Below are positions 27,032 through 36,399 of a stretch of 64,000 nt of DNA, piece after piece. The position numbers were made by a program, and so were the translations under genes. Origin of the DNA: Acidimicrobiia bacterium (GTDB lineage Bacteria; Actinomycetota; Acidimicrobiia; IMCC26256; PALSA-610); the NCBI GenBank assembly GCA_038239145.1, contig JBBSFB010000018.1, forward strand, positions 6,560 through 70,559, in the 5' to 3' direction. Below the pieces are notes generated by a model. The model ran no database searches. It was not told where the DNA came from and saw only the letters and a program-made list of their open reading frames with translations. How positions within the stretch are numbered: the first letter of the stretch is position 1; every line of letters starts with the position of its first letter.

Positions 27032-28282
27032 ATGCCGCGCTCAACGCCCCGTTCGTCACGCCGCACCGGCGAGCGCTTCATCGCGTTTCTCCGCGCCGAC
27101 ATCTCCGGAGTCCGTGCGGGTTTCTTCGCGCTCCTGATCTCCTCGGGTGGCGACCTCGTCACCGGCGTCACCTTCGCCACCATCAGCAACACCCTGAACC
27201 TGCTGCCCGGGCTCGTGGTGTTGGTCCCCGCAGCGATCGGGATGCGGGGCAACGTCTTCGGCGGCCTCGGCAGCCGGCTCGGGACCCTGATCCACACCGG
27301 GACGTTCCGGGTGTCGCGTCGCGTCGAAACCGAGGTCGGCCAGAACATGTACGCGGCGATCCTGTCGTCGCTCTCCACGGCGGTCCTGCTCGCGGTGCTC
27401 GCCAAGCTCATGTGCGAGATGTTGATCGGCGGGAAGTCGATCTCGGTCGTCGACTTCATGGTGGTCTCCGTCATCGGGGCGATCCTCTCGTCGGTCGTCG
27501 TCCTGGTGCTGACGGTGGCGGTGGCCGCGTTCTGCGCGCGCCGCGACCTCGACCTCGACAACGTCGCCGCGCCGATCGTGACCGCAGCCGGCGACATGGT
27601 CACGCTCCCGAGCATGTTCCTCGCGACGTACCTGATCGGGTACCACTACGTGACGCCGATCATCGCGATCGCGTGCGCGGCCATCGGGATCGGCGCCGCA
27701 GTCGTGGGCATCGGGGTCAAGGGGCTCCCGATCCTGCACCGGATCGTCGTCGAGTCGCTGCCGATCCTCGCGCTCGCCGGCGTAGTCGACATCCTCGCGG
27801 GCATCACGATCCAGAACCGGTTCGCGTCGTTTCTCAAGTATCCGGCACTGCTCGTCATGGTCCCCGCGTTCCTCGAGGACTCCGGCTCTCTCGGCGCGAT
27901 CCTCGCCGCACGCGTGTCGACCAAGCTTCACCTGGGAACGCTGGGCGACAGCGGCGCGTCGTGGCGCGCCGCGACGGACGACGTGTTGCTCGTGTACCTC
28001 TATGCCGTTCCGGTGTTCGTGTTCCTCGGCCTGTCGTCGACCGTGGTCGCGAGCGTGCTGAACAAGACGAGCCCGGGCATCGTCGACATGCTCGGGGTGA
28101 GCCTCATCGCGGGCTTCCTGGCCACGACCGCTTCAGTGGTCGTGGGCTTCTACTCCGCGGTGGCGACCCACCGGTTCGGCCTCGATCCCGACAACCATGC
28201 CATTCCCCTCGTGACATCGAGCCTTGACCTCCTCGGCGCGTTGTCGCTTATCCTGGCCATCGTGATCCTCGGGCTGGCTTAG
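27032..28282 (+). CDS. MgtE-type divalent-cation transporter membrane domain, tandemly duplicated, no cytosolic N/CBS domains
   Basis: Two internal repeats each carry the MgtE TM signature: LDLDNVAAPIVTAAGDMVT and LDPDNHAIPLVTSSLDLLG. The protein is hydrophobic throughout. Confidence 0.8.
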   Translation: MPRSTPRSSRRTGERFIAFLRADISGVRAGFFALLISSGGDLVTGVTFATISNTLNLLPGLVVLVPAAIGMRGNVFGGLGSRLGTLIHTGTFRVSRRVETEVGQNMYAAILSSLSTAVLLAVLAKLMCEMLIGGKSISVVDFMVVSVIGAILSSVVVLVLTVAVAAFCARRDLDLDNVAAPIVTAAGDMVTLPSMFLATYLIGYHYVTPIIAIACAAIGIGAAVVGIGVKGLPILHRIVVESLPILALAGVVDILAGITIQNRFASFLKYPALLVMVPAFLEDSGSLGAILAARVSTKLHLGTLGDSGASWRAATDDVLLVYLYAVPVFVFLGLSSTVVASVLNKTSPGIVDMLGVSLIAGFLATTASVVVGFYSAVATHRFGLDPDNHAIPLVTSSLDLLGALSLILAIVILGLA

Positions 28283-28320
28283 GGCCCCTCGAGGAGCCGG
28301 CTGCGGAGCCGGCGGTATCA

Positions 28321-29553
28321 ATGGACGAACGACCACGAAATCTGAAAGCCATGTTGTCGGAGGCGAAGGACACCTCTGAGCTCATGGTCGATCTCGGGTA
28401 CGCGTCGCTGTTCTTCGGCGACACGCGCATGGCCGACGAGGTCCACGAGCTCGAGGAGCGCCTCACCGAGCTCGTGCACGAGATGCGTGAGGTGTGCGTG
28501 CTCGCGGCGCGCTCGAAACGGGACGCCGAGCAGATGTCGAGCGTCCTTCACGTCGTGTCCGCGATCGAGCGGATGGGCAACGCGGCCGTCGACATTGCGC
28601 GCGTCGTGACCCACCACCTCGGCATTCCCGCGTCGCTCGTCGCCGATCTGGCCGAGGCCGAAGAGGTGTCGCACCGCGTGCGCATCCGCCCGGAGTCGGC
28701 GTTGGCCAACCGTCAACTCGACAGCGTGGAACTGCCCGTGGAGGTGGGCATGCGAGTCGTCGCGATCCGTCGCGGCCGCGAATGGCTCATCGACCCCGAC
28801 GGCGACGAGCATCTCCTGCCCGACGACGTGCTGATCCTGCGGGGCGCGCGCGAAGGAATCGGCGAAGTACGCGAGCTCGCAGGCGCGCCCGTATGGCGGT
28901 CGGCCGGCATCGAGGAGAATCCCGCGATCTCCGACCTCGACCGGGCCGTCGACGTGCTGGTCGAGATGAAGAACGTGTCCGAGGCTGCCGTCGGGCTCGC
29001 CTACAGCGCGCTCCTGCTCAACGATCAGGGCCTCGCCACGCAGGTGACCCAGCTCGAGGACCGCCTCGACGAGATGCGCGAACAGTTGGAGCTCTGGGTG
29101 CTGCGGGCCGGGGCGGAGACCGTCGACCCGTCGGGCCTGCGCGGGCTCTTGCACCTGGGCGCGGCGTCGGAAGAGGTCGGCGACGCGGCCCAGCAGCTGG
29201 TGTGGCTCGTGGAACAAGAAGAGGAGATGCACCCGATCCTCGCGGTCGCGCTAGGCGATGCCGACGAGGTCTTCGTGCAGTACCCGATCGCCCGCGACAG
29301 CGCGCTCGACGGCGAGATCGTCACCGGTACCCAGATCGGCGACGACACCGGTTTCCACCTGCTCGCGATCAGGCGGGAAGGCCGTTACCTGTACCGGCCC
29401 CGGCGGGTCACGCTCGCCGCCGGCGACGAGATCCTCGCGACCGGGCCGTGGGAAGGTCGCTCGGTGCTGGCCGAGCAGTGCGGTTTCCGCCTCGTCGAAG
29501 ACGACGACACCGGGACCGTCGAGCTCGTGCCCGCGAACGTGCGCGTCCGGTAG
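28321..29553 (+). CDS. Cytosolic 2x(PhoU-like helical + TrkA-C/RCK_C) regulatory protein
   Basis: Two repeats, each a helical PhoU-like segment (e.g. LMVDLGYASLFFGD..., VLVEMKNVSEAAVGLAYSALLLND...) followed by a TrkA-C-like segment (RIRPESALANRQLDSVELP...VVAIRRG...DDVLILRG; YPIARDSALDGEIV...LLAIRREG...GDEILATG). Confidence 0.75.
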   Translation: MDERPRNLKAMLSEAKDTSELMVDLGYASLFFGDTRMADEVHELEERLTELVHEMREVCVLAARSKRDAEQMSSVLHVVSAIERMGNAAVDIARVVTHHLGIPASLVADLAEAEEVSHRVRIRPESALANRQLDSVELPVEVGMRVVAIRRGREWLIDPDGDEHLLPDDVLILRGAREGIGEVRELAGAPVWRSAGIEENPAISDLDRAVDVLVEMKNVSEAAVGLAYSALLLNDQGLATQVTQLEDRLDEMREQLELWVLRAGAETVDPSGLRGLLHLGAASEEVGDAAQQLVWLVEQEEEMHPILAVALGDADEVFVQYPIARDSALDGEIVTGTQIGDDTGFHLLAIRREGRYLYRPRRVTLAAGDEILATGPWEGRSVLAEQCGFRLVEDDDTGTVELVPANVRVR

Positions 29554-30399
29554 CTAGAAGGGTTTCGCGACCGCGAGGCTGACCGCGACCGCGGCCACAC
29601 CCACCAGCACCCCGCCGACGATGCCGAGCTCCGGGTGCCCGGCTTTGCGGGACTGGAGCATCGCTTCTGCGACCAGCACGCCGCCGATCGCGCCGCCGAT
29701 GTGCGCGGCGATCGAGACGTTCGCGATCACGAAGTAGTCGAGGAACAAGTTGATGACCAGGAGCGGTCCGAAGCCGGTGTCCCAGAACCGCACCCCTTGG
29801 CGCTGCATCACGATCGTTGCGGCCGCCGCGACACCGAAGACCCCGCCCGAAGCGCCCGCGGAGACCGCGTGCGGCGTCGCGATCAACGCGCCCGCCGACC
29901 CGGCCGCCACCGACGCGACGTAGATCAGGCCGAAGCGGACCGGACCCGCGCCGGGCTCGAGCAGTTGGCCGACGATCCATAAGAGCACCATGTTGAAGAA
30001 CAGGTGCAGGAACCCCTCGTGGACCAGCGAGACCGTGAAGATGCGATACCACTGGCCCTGGTGCACGAGCGGGCCGAACAGCACCAGGTTGTCGGAGGTG
30101 TGACCGACGCCGCCGAAGTTCTTGTCGCGCAGCCCGATGACGATGAACGCGGCGACGGTGATGCCGACGATGATCTTCGTCGCGAGCATGTTCTCCTGCC
30201 GCGCGAAGAGCCCCACGCGCTGCCGGGTCGTGGGCGCAGCAGCTTTGACACAGTCGACGCACTGCGAGCCGACCGATGCAATGCGCAGGCAATCGGGGCA
30301 CGCCGGACGTCCACATCGGGTGCACCGACGTCCGGTCTCCCGATCGGGGTGCCGGTAGCACGCGACCGGAGGCGATTCCTGCGTCATAGACGGATTCAC
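29554..30399 (-). CDS. Rhomboid family intramembrane serine protease with N-terminal Cys-rich zinc ribbon
   Basis: CYRHP...CTRCGRPACPDC..., GASGGVFG (catalytic Ser), AHIGG (His). Start is GTG 30399 or ATG 30387. Confidence 0.9.
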   Translation of the reverse strand: MNPSMTQESPPVACYRHPDRETGRRCTRCGRPACPDCLRIASVGSQCVDCVKAAAPTTRQRVGLFARQENMLATKIIVGITVAAFIVIGLRDKNFGGVGHTSDNLVLFGPLVHQGQWYRIFTVSLVHEGFLHLFFNMVLLWIVGQLLEPGAGPVRFGLIYVASVAAGSAGALIATPHAVSAGASGGVFGVAAAATIVMQRQGVRFWDTGFGPLLVINLFLDYFVIANVSIAAHIGGAIGGVLVAEAMLQSRKAGHPELGIVGGVLVGVAAVAVSLAVAKPF

Positions 30400-30461
30400 G
30401 GTACCGGCTCAGTACGACCCGAACGGCGCACCGGAGCGGCGCCGATCGGTAGCGTTGCCCG

Positions 30462-32867
30462 ATGAGCGACACCGGACTCGCGGGCGCCGCTACGACGACC
30501 GGGCCGAAGGGACTCACGGCCGCCGAGGTCGCGGAGCGGGTCCGCTCCGGCCAGGTGAATGTCGCCGACGAGCGCACGAGCCGGACCATCCCGGAGATCC
30601 TGCGGGCGAACGTGCTCACCCGCTTCAACGCCATTCTCGGCGCGGCCTTCGTCCTCATCCTCGTGTTCGGCGAGGCCCGTGACTCGTTGTTCGGCTACGT
30701 CCTGATCCTGAACGCGCTGATCGGCATCATCCAGGAGTGGCGGGCCAAACGCACGCTCGACCGTCTCGCCGTGTTGAACGCCCCCCGGGCCCGGGTCGTC
30801 CGTGACGGTGAGACTACGGAGATCGACGTCACCGCGGTCGTGCTCGACGACCTCTGCGACGTCCGTGCCGGTGACCAGTTGCCGGCCGACGGGGTGCTTC
30901 GCACCCAGGACGGGCTCGAGCTCGACGAGTCGATGTTGACGGGCGAGTCGGATCCGGTGACCAAGGGCGAGGGCGACGAGGTGCTCTCGGGGAGCATCGT
31001 CGTCGCCGGGCGCGGATGTATCCAAACGACGCGCGTCGGCGGCGATTCCTATGCCCGCAAGATCGCGACCGAGGCCCGGCGGTTCACCCTCACGCAGTCC
31101 GAGCTGATGGACGGCATCAATCAGATCCTGCGCTACGTGCAGTGGGCGTTGGTGCCGACCGCGATTCTCCTCGCGTTCAGCCAGTTCCGCGTGCAGGACA
31201 CGCACCGCGCCGCGATCCAGGGCGTCGTGGCGGGCGTGGTGGCGATGGTCCCTGAAGGGCTCGTGTTGCTCACCTCGCTCGCGTTCGGGCTCGCGACGAT
31301 CACGTTGGCCCGCCGGCAGGTGCTCGTACAGGAGTTGCCGGCGGTCGAGGGTCTGGCGCGCGTCGACACCGTCCTGCTCGACAAGACCGGCACGCTCACC
31401 GAGGGGGTCATCCGGTTCCAACAGGTGCATGCGCTCGTGCCGGACGATCCGGTTTCGGACGCGCTCGGCGCGCTGGCCGACGACGACAACCGCAACGCAA
31501 CGATGACCGCGTTGAGCGTGGAGTTCTCCGCGCCCGATGGATGGACCCGGACCGCGTCGACTCCGTTCTCGTCGGGCCGCAAGTGGAGCGCGAAGACGTT
31601 CGGTGATAGGGGCTCGTGGGTGCTCGGCGCGCCGGAGATGGTGAGGCCCACGGTCGGTGCCGACGATCCGGTTCGGGCGCGGGCGAATCAGCTGGCCGGC
31701 GACGGGCAACGGGTGCTCCTGTTGGCGCACTCCGACGCCGCGCTCGTCGCCGAGAGCCTGCCCGACGGTCTGACTCCTTCCGCGCTCGTCGTGTTCGAGG
31801 AGAAGGTTCGGCCCGACGCGGCCGAAACCCTGCAGTACTTCGCGGACCAGGGCGTGCGGTGTGTGGTGATCTCCGGCGACAATCCACATACGGTCGGTGC
31901 CATCGCCCGTCAGGTCGGGATCCAGGGCGCCGATCGTCCGTACGACGCGCGCGAGCTCCCCGACGACGTCGACGCGCTCGCCTCGGTGCTCGAAGAGTTC
32001 TCGGTGTTCGGGCGGGTGTCGCCCCAACAGAAGCGGGCGATCGTCGGCGCCCTCCACCACGGTGGTCACTACGTCGCGATGACCGGCGACGGGGTGAACG
32101 ACGCGCTCGCGTTGAAGGATGCCGACATCGGCATCGCGATGGGGAGCGGGGCTCCCGCCACGCGCGCGGTGGCGCAGGTCGTGCTGCTCGACGGTCGGTT
32201 CGCGAGCATGCCCAGCGTCGTCGCGGAAGGGCGCCGCGTGATCGCGAACGTAGAACGGGTCGCGACGTTGTTCGTGACCAAGACGTTCTACGCGATGTTG
32301 TTGGCGATCGCGATCGGGATCGCGCGTTGGCCCTACCCGTTCCTGCCACGCCATCTCACGATCGTCAGCAGCCTCACCATCGGGATTCCTGCGTTCTTCC
32401 TCGCGCTCGCGCCGAACCGCCGTCGGTACGTTCCCGGGTTCGTCCGCCGGGTGGTCGCGATTGCGGGCCCGGCCGGGGTGGTCGCGTCGGCATCGACGTT
32501 CGGCGCGTTCGCGATTGCTCGTCACTATGACGACCTCGAGGTGTCGCGCACCGCCGCCACGATCACGCTGCTGCTCGTCGGCCTCTGGGTGCTGAACCTG
32601 CTGGCCCGACCGATCACACCGCCGCGCGCGCTCCTGTTCGGCGCCATGGTGGGTGCCTTCGTCGTGATCCTCGTCGTTCCCGGGCTGCGCGACTGGTTCG
32701 CGCTCAACCTCCCGAGCGGACCTTCGACGTGGGCCGCCGGACTGAGCGCGGCCGCGGGAATCGCGACGCTGGAACTGGGGTGGCAGGCGCGGCAATGGCG
32801 ACTCGCCCTCGCCGATCGCACGGCCCGTTGGGCGTGGCACGGACCTTCGGCTCGTCGCGACACCTGA
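30462..32867 (+). CDS. Cation-translocating P-type ATPase (P2-like, PEGL motif)
   Basis: TGESDP, VPEGL, DKTGTLTEG, MTGDGVNDALALKDADIGIAMG; 801 aa. Confidence 0.9.
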   Translation: MSDTGLAGAATTTGPKGLTAAEVAERVRSGQVNVADERTSRTIPEILRANVLTRFNAILGAAFVLILVFGEARDSLFGYVLILNALIGIIQEWRAKRTLDRLAVLNAPRARVVRDGETTEIDVTAVVLDDLCDVRAGDQLPADGVLRTQDGLELDESMLTGESDPVTKGEGDEVLSGSIVVAGRGCIQTTRVGGDSYARKIATEARRFTLTQSELMDGINQILRYVQWALVPTAILLAFSQFRVQDTHRAAIQGVVAGVVAMVPEGLVLLTSLAFGLATITLARRQVLVQELPAVEGLARVDTVLLDKTGTLTEGVIRFQQVHALVPDDPVSDALGALADDDNRNATMTALSVEFSAPDGWTRTASTPFSSGRKWSAKTFGDRGSWVLGAPEMVRPTVGADDPVRARANQLAGDGQRVLLLAHSDAALVAESLPDGLTPSALVVFEEKVRPDAAETLQYFADQGVRCVVISGDNPHTVGAIARQVGIQGADRPYDARELPDDVDALASVLEEFSVFGRVSPQQKRAIVGALHHGGHYVAMTGDGVNDALALKDADIGIAMGSGAPATRAVAQVVLLDGRFASMPSVVAEGRRVIANVERVATLFVTKTFYAMLLAIAIGIARWPYPFLPRHLTIVSSLTIGIPAFFLALAPNRRRYVPGFVRRVVAIAGPAGVVASASTFGAFAIARHYDDLEVSRTAATITLLLVGLWVLNLLARPITPPRALLFGAMVGAFVVILVVPGLRDWFALNLPSGPSTWAAGLSAAAGIATLELGWQARQWRLALADRTARWAWHGPSARRDT

Positions 32868-32910
32868 CTGACCGGGGCCACCCGGCTGCGGCGGGGATCC
32901 GAGCGTCAGA

Positions 32911-34257
32911 TCAACAGTGCAGCGTCCCTGAGTCCGGGCGGGCGATCGGATCGACCGGCGGCGTGGGCGTCGCGGTCTGGGCCGGGCCCGCGCTCGACGG
33001 GTGCCCGAAGTCTTCGGTGAGGAACACCGAGCCGTCGGCGGAGCAGTGCACGCCGACGCCGACCCGGGTAAACCCGGGGGCGAGGATGTTCGTGCGGTGG
33101 CCGTCGGAGTGCATCCACGCGTCGTGCAGGGCGCCTACCGTCGTGCCGCCGCTGCCGGCCGCGATGTTCTCCCCGACGAAGTTGTAGGGCCCGAGCAGGT
33201 CGCCGATGGCGCTGTGGCGGAACCCGTTGGCGGCCATGTTGGCGGCCCAAGTGGCGGCGTAGTTCGCGAGGCTCTGATCCCAGGCGAGGGGAGCGATGTG
33301 GCGCGCCGCACGTTCGCTGTTCAGGCGGCCGAGGAGATCGGCGGCCATCACGTCGGTCTTGGTACCGACGCCGGGTGCACACTTCGGCGGCGGCGACGAC
33401 GGCGAGAAGGCGTACGTCCTCGCGTCGGCGAATGCGATCCAGTAGCCCCGCGCGCCGGGCGACATGGCCACGGCGACGGCCGGGGCGCCGGGGCACGCAT
33501 TCACTGCGGATCCGTAGAACGGGCTGTTCGCACCGAAGCGGAACAGTCCACCGTCGGCGGCGACCATGGTGTAGCCGGCGCCGGTAGATGCCGCCGCCAT
33601 GCCGCTGATCGGTTCGTTCAACCGGATCGCTCCGGTGGAACCGAAGAAGGATGCGTTGAACGCGAAGATGCCACCGTCGCTCGCGACCAACCAGTAGCCG
33701 CGGCCGCTCGGCGTCGACGCCATGCCCGTGATCGGTTGATTGATGTGCATCCCTCCGGTCGAGCCGGCGAAGGGCGCGTTGAAGGCGAAGATGCCACCAT
33801 CGCTCGCGACCAACCAGTAGCCGTCGCCACTCGGGGTCGCGGCCATGCCGACGATCGGCAGATTCAGTTGGTGTCCGCCCATCGAACCGTGGAACGCGGC
33901 GTCGCCGAAGCCGAACACGGCGCCGCGACGATCGGTGAGCCAGTAACCGTGACCGGTTCGCGTCGCCGCAATGGCGACGATCGTGTCGTGCGCGAAGCCG
34001 ACGGCCGACCCGTAGAAGTGCGCGTCGCCCGCGGTGAGTACGCCGCCGTCGGCGGCGGCCCGCCAGTAACCCTTACCGGTCGGTGTCGCTGCGATGCCGA
34101 TGACCGGGGCCGCGAGCGCGGCGGTATTCGACTGGACGGACACGTTCGCGGTACGCACGGGTGTGGCCGCCGCGGCGGTGATGCCGGTCGTGATGCCGAC
34201 GAACGCGCCGGCCCCCGCGACGAGAGAAAGTACGAGCGCGATGACCGAAGCACGCAT
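32911..34257 (-). CDS. Secreted protein: repeated GYW..DGG.F.FG blades (beta-propeller-like) + C-terminal CAP/SCP (YkwD-like) domain
   Basis: Signal-like MRASVIALVLSLVAGAGAF. At least six repeats such as GDGYWLVASDGGIFAFNAPFAGS. CAP motifs LNSERAA...PLAWDQSLANYA...HSDGHRTNIL. ATG 34257; the track ORF extends to 34401. Confidence 0.75.
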   Translation of the reverse strand: MRASVIALVLSLVAGAGAFVGITTGITAAAATPVRTANVSVQSNTAALAAPVIGIAATPTGKGYWRAAADGGVLTAGDAHFYGSAVGFAHDTIVAIAATRTGHGYWLTDRRGAVFGFGDAAFHGSMGGHQLNLPIVGMAATPSGDGYWLVASDGGIFAFNAPFAGSTGGMHINQPITGMASTPSGRGYWLVASDGGIFAFNASFFGSTGAIRLNEPISGMAAASTGAGYTMVAADGGLFRFGANSPFYGSAVNACPGAPAVAVAMSPGARGYWIAFADARTYAFSPSSPPPKCAPGVGTKTDVMAADLLGRLNSERAARHIAPLAWDQSLANYAATWAANMAANGFRHSAIGDLLGPYNFVGENIAAGSGGTTVGALHDAWMHSDGHRTNILAPGFTRVGVGVHCSADGSVFLTEDFGHPSSAGPAQTATPTPPVDPIARPDSGTLHC

Positions 34258-34455
34258 GTGGCGCGCAGCAGAGCGATTGCGCCGCGCGTCGCCTCGAGCT
34301 TGCTCCATCGGATCTCCCCGTACCGCCGCCCGTGCCTGTCTTCCACGAGTCAATTCGGCACGTTTCGACGCGCGATTGAGGGGATTCGCAGGCGAGCGCA
34401 TGCGCCGCGCGGGCGAGAGCGGACGTTGCCGGACGAATCGACCCTGGTTGGCGAT

Positions 34456-36363
34456 CTAGCGATGCGCCGTGGTCGGAGTGGAGTTTGACCTGGTAGTCGT
34501 GGGCGCGTGACCAATTGTGGTCGGCGTCACCGGCGGCTTCGGGGCCGTTGTCGGCGCCACTGGATTTCCGCCCGCATTTCCGACGAGCACGCTGTTCTGC
34601 AGCATCGGATAGTGCACCTGATAGTGCGTCTGGACGGGCGGTCTGCCCGGCTGGGTAATCAGGCGGTCGAACTCCACGTCGTAGCCCGTCTCACCCGTCG
34701 AGATGGTGTCGTGCTCGCCGGGCAGCAGCTTGGGACACGAGTTGTTCGGGTCCTGCGCGGGCTTGGTCACCGGGCACGGGATCAGCTTGTCGGTGATCGG
34801 CTCGGTGTGCAGGATCTTGCGGTTCGTCTCGGACGCGACCCGGCCGTCGGTGTTGCCGTAGAACGTGACGGTGATCGACGTGCTGCTGTAGCTGGTGCGG
34901 ATCAACACGCCGTGCTTCGAGTCGTTGCGGAACTTCAGGTCGACGTACGGCCACACGATCGTGGCTTCTCGCCCGAGCGGATAGCGCGAGACGTAGTAGT
35001 GGTGCGGCGAGTGGTCGACGTCGACGTACCCGCCGAAGAACGCCGCGTTGAAGAGTGTCGTCGTCAGCTGGCTGATGCCGCCGCCGTAATCCTGCCCGAA
35101 GCCGTCTTCGACCTCGATCGGCGCCTGCACGTATCCCTTCTCGGGTGTGCGTTGTCCGAGCTTGGCGTTCAGAGAGAACGTCTGACCGGGAGTGACGACC
35201 GTGTTGTCGAGCGTGTCGGCCGCGAGATGGATGTTGTGCACGCGCGGCTCGCCCGACAGGTAGTTCGTCGTGAACGACGACACCTGGTGCGTGATGCCGA
35301 GCGCGGTGGCCCACGCCGTGTCGTGCACGGGATGTTCGTCGGTGATCGATGCAGTGATCGCTCGGTCATCGCGCAGGATGGAATTTCCGACGGCTTCGAG
35401 ATTGAGCTGACGACCGTCTCGCGAGGGCACGACGGTCACGGCATTCGCGTTGCGGATGTTCCACGTGGCGTCGACGGATGGTTGTTCCACCGCGCCGAAC
35501 GCGGGCGCGAGCACGAACCGCAGCTTCTGCGGATCGATCGTCAGACCGAGCGAATGGCGATTGGTCGTCGTCCCGAGCGTCGACGCGATCTGCGCCGACG
35601 TGAGCGTGACGTGCGTCGTCCCCGCGACGACGACGAAATCGCCGGTCAGGATCGAGCGCGCCCGAGCGAGCGCGGCGTCCACCGCGGCCTTGTCGGTGTG
35701 CGGCTCGACCACACCGACGGGAAGATCAAGATCGGTGCGGGTCCTCCCGGCCAACATCTCCCGGAGTGCGTGCTCGGCCTCGTCGCGCTGGAGACCTCGA
35801 CCCGAGTGCGGCTCCACCGGAACCACTGTTGCCCCCTGGAAGCGCAGGTCTCCCTCGACCAACCCGGTCTGCAGCGCGCTCGTCCAGCCGTCGAGCACTC
35901 CCTCGAATCGGTTCTCGTCGTAGCGCACGACGAGGTCGACGTTCTCGGCGCGGAAACGGCGGAGCAGGGTGTCCCCGATGAGACCCAGCCGGTTCGAGTC
36001 GCGACCCGCGCTCTGCGCGGCGCGCAGAGTTGCATCGACGTCGACCGAGAAGCCGATCAGGCTGGGATCGACGACGAAGGTCTGCTGGCCTGCATGTGCG
36101 TGGATGGTCTCGGTGTCGAGTTGCCGACTCATCTGCTCGACGGCGGCGCGCGCCGGTGAGTCCTTCATGCTCCCGATGTGCATGCCGTCGAGCCGTACAC
36201 CGGGAAGTATCGATCCCGAGTAATAGGTGTGCTCGACCGCGGAAGCCACCGCGAGCAGCACACCGAGCCCGACGATCACGCCGGTCACGATCAAGATGAT
36301 GCGCCGGACCTTCGCGCTCGCGATCGACTTTCGGGAGCCAACGACTGATGCTGCCTCCGTCAT
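34456..36363 (-). CDS. VanW family protein with N-terminal membrane anchor and Pro/Thr-rich C-terminal tail
   Basis: TM segment IILIVTGVIVGLGVLLAV. VanW core GYVQAPIE...GGGISQLTTTLFNAAFFGG...YVSRYPLGREATI. Confidence 0.85.
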   Translation of the reverse strand: MTEAASVVGSRKSIASAKVRRIILIVTGVIVGLGVLLAVASAVEHTYYSGSILPGVRLDGMHIGSMKDSPARAAVEQMSRQLDTETIHAHAGQQTFVVDPSLIGFSVDVDATLRAAQSAGRDSNRLGLIGDTLLRRFRAENVDLVVRYDENRFEGVLDGWTSALQTGLVEGDLRFQGATVVPVEPHSGRGLQRDEAEHALREMLAGRTRTDLDLPVGVVEPHTDKAAVDAALARARSILTGDFVVVAGTTHVTLTSAQIASTLGTTTNRHSLGLTIDPQKLRFVLAPAFGAVEQPSVDATWNIRNANAVTVVPSRDGRQLNLEAVGNSILRDDRAITASITDEHPVHDTAWATALGITHQVSSFTTNYLSGEPRVHNIHLAADTLDNTVVTPGQTFSLNAKLGQRTPEKGYVQAPIEVEDGFGQDYGGGISQLTTTLFNAAFFGGYVDVDHSPHHYYVSRYPLGREATIVWPYVDLKFRNDSKHGVLIRTSYSSTSITVTFYGNTDGRVASETNRKILHTEPITDKLIPCPVTKPAQDPNNSCPKLLPGEHDTISTGETGYDVEFDRLITQPGRPPVQTHYQVHYPMLQNSVLVGNAGGNPVAPTTAPKPPVTPTTIGHAPTTTRSNSTPTTAHR

Positions 36364-36399
36364 CGGGCGGCAGGCTAGCGAAACGGGAAGAATGGGAGT

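Noticed and set aside
29550-29557. Convergent genes that abut with zero spacing (29553/29554), or overlap by 4 nt (CTAG at 52033-52036), leaving no room for terminators.
   Set aside because: This is real but unremarkable in compact high-GC genomes. It does not suggest a distinct feature on its own.
30396-32840. An 814-aa ORF antisense to the P-type ATPase. Similar long antisense or out-of-frame ORFs occur at 18093..20333, 9743..11437, 23701..25179, 15339..16388, 43610..45100 and 21563..23731.
   Set aside because: Their translations are Arg/Pro/Gly/Asp-rich low-complexity text with no family motifs. The opposite strand or frame carries unmistakable conserved proteins. These are the stop-codon-poor shadow ORFs typical of high-GC DNA.
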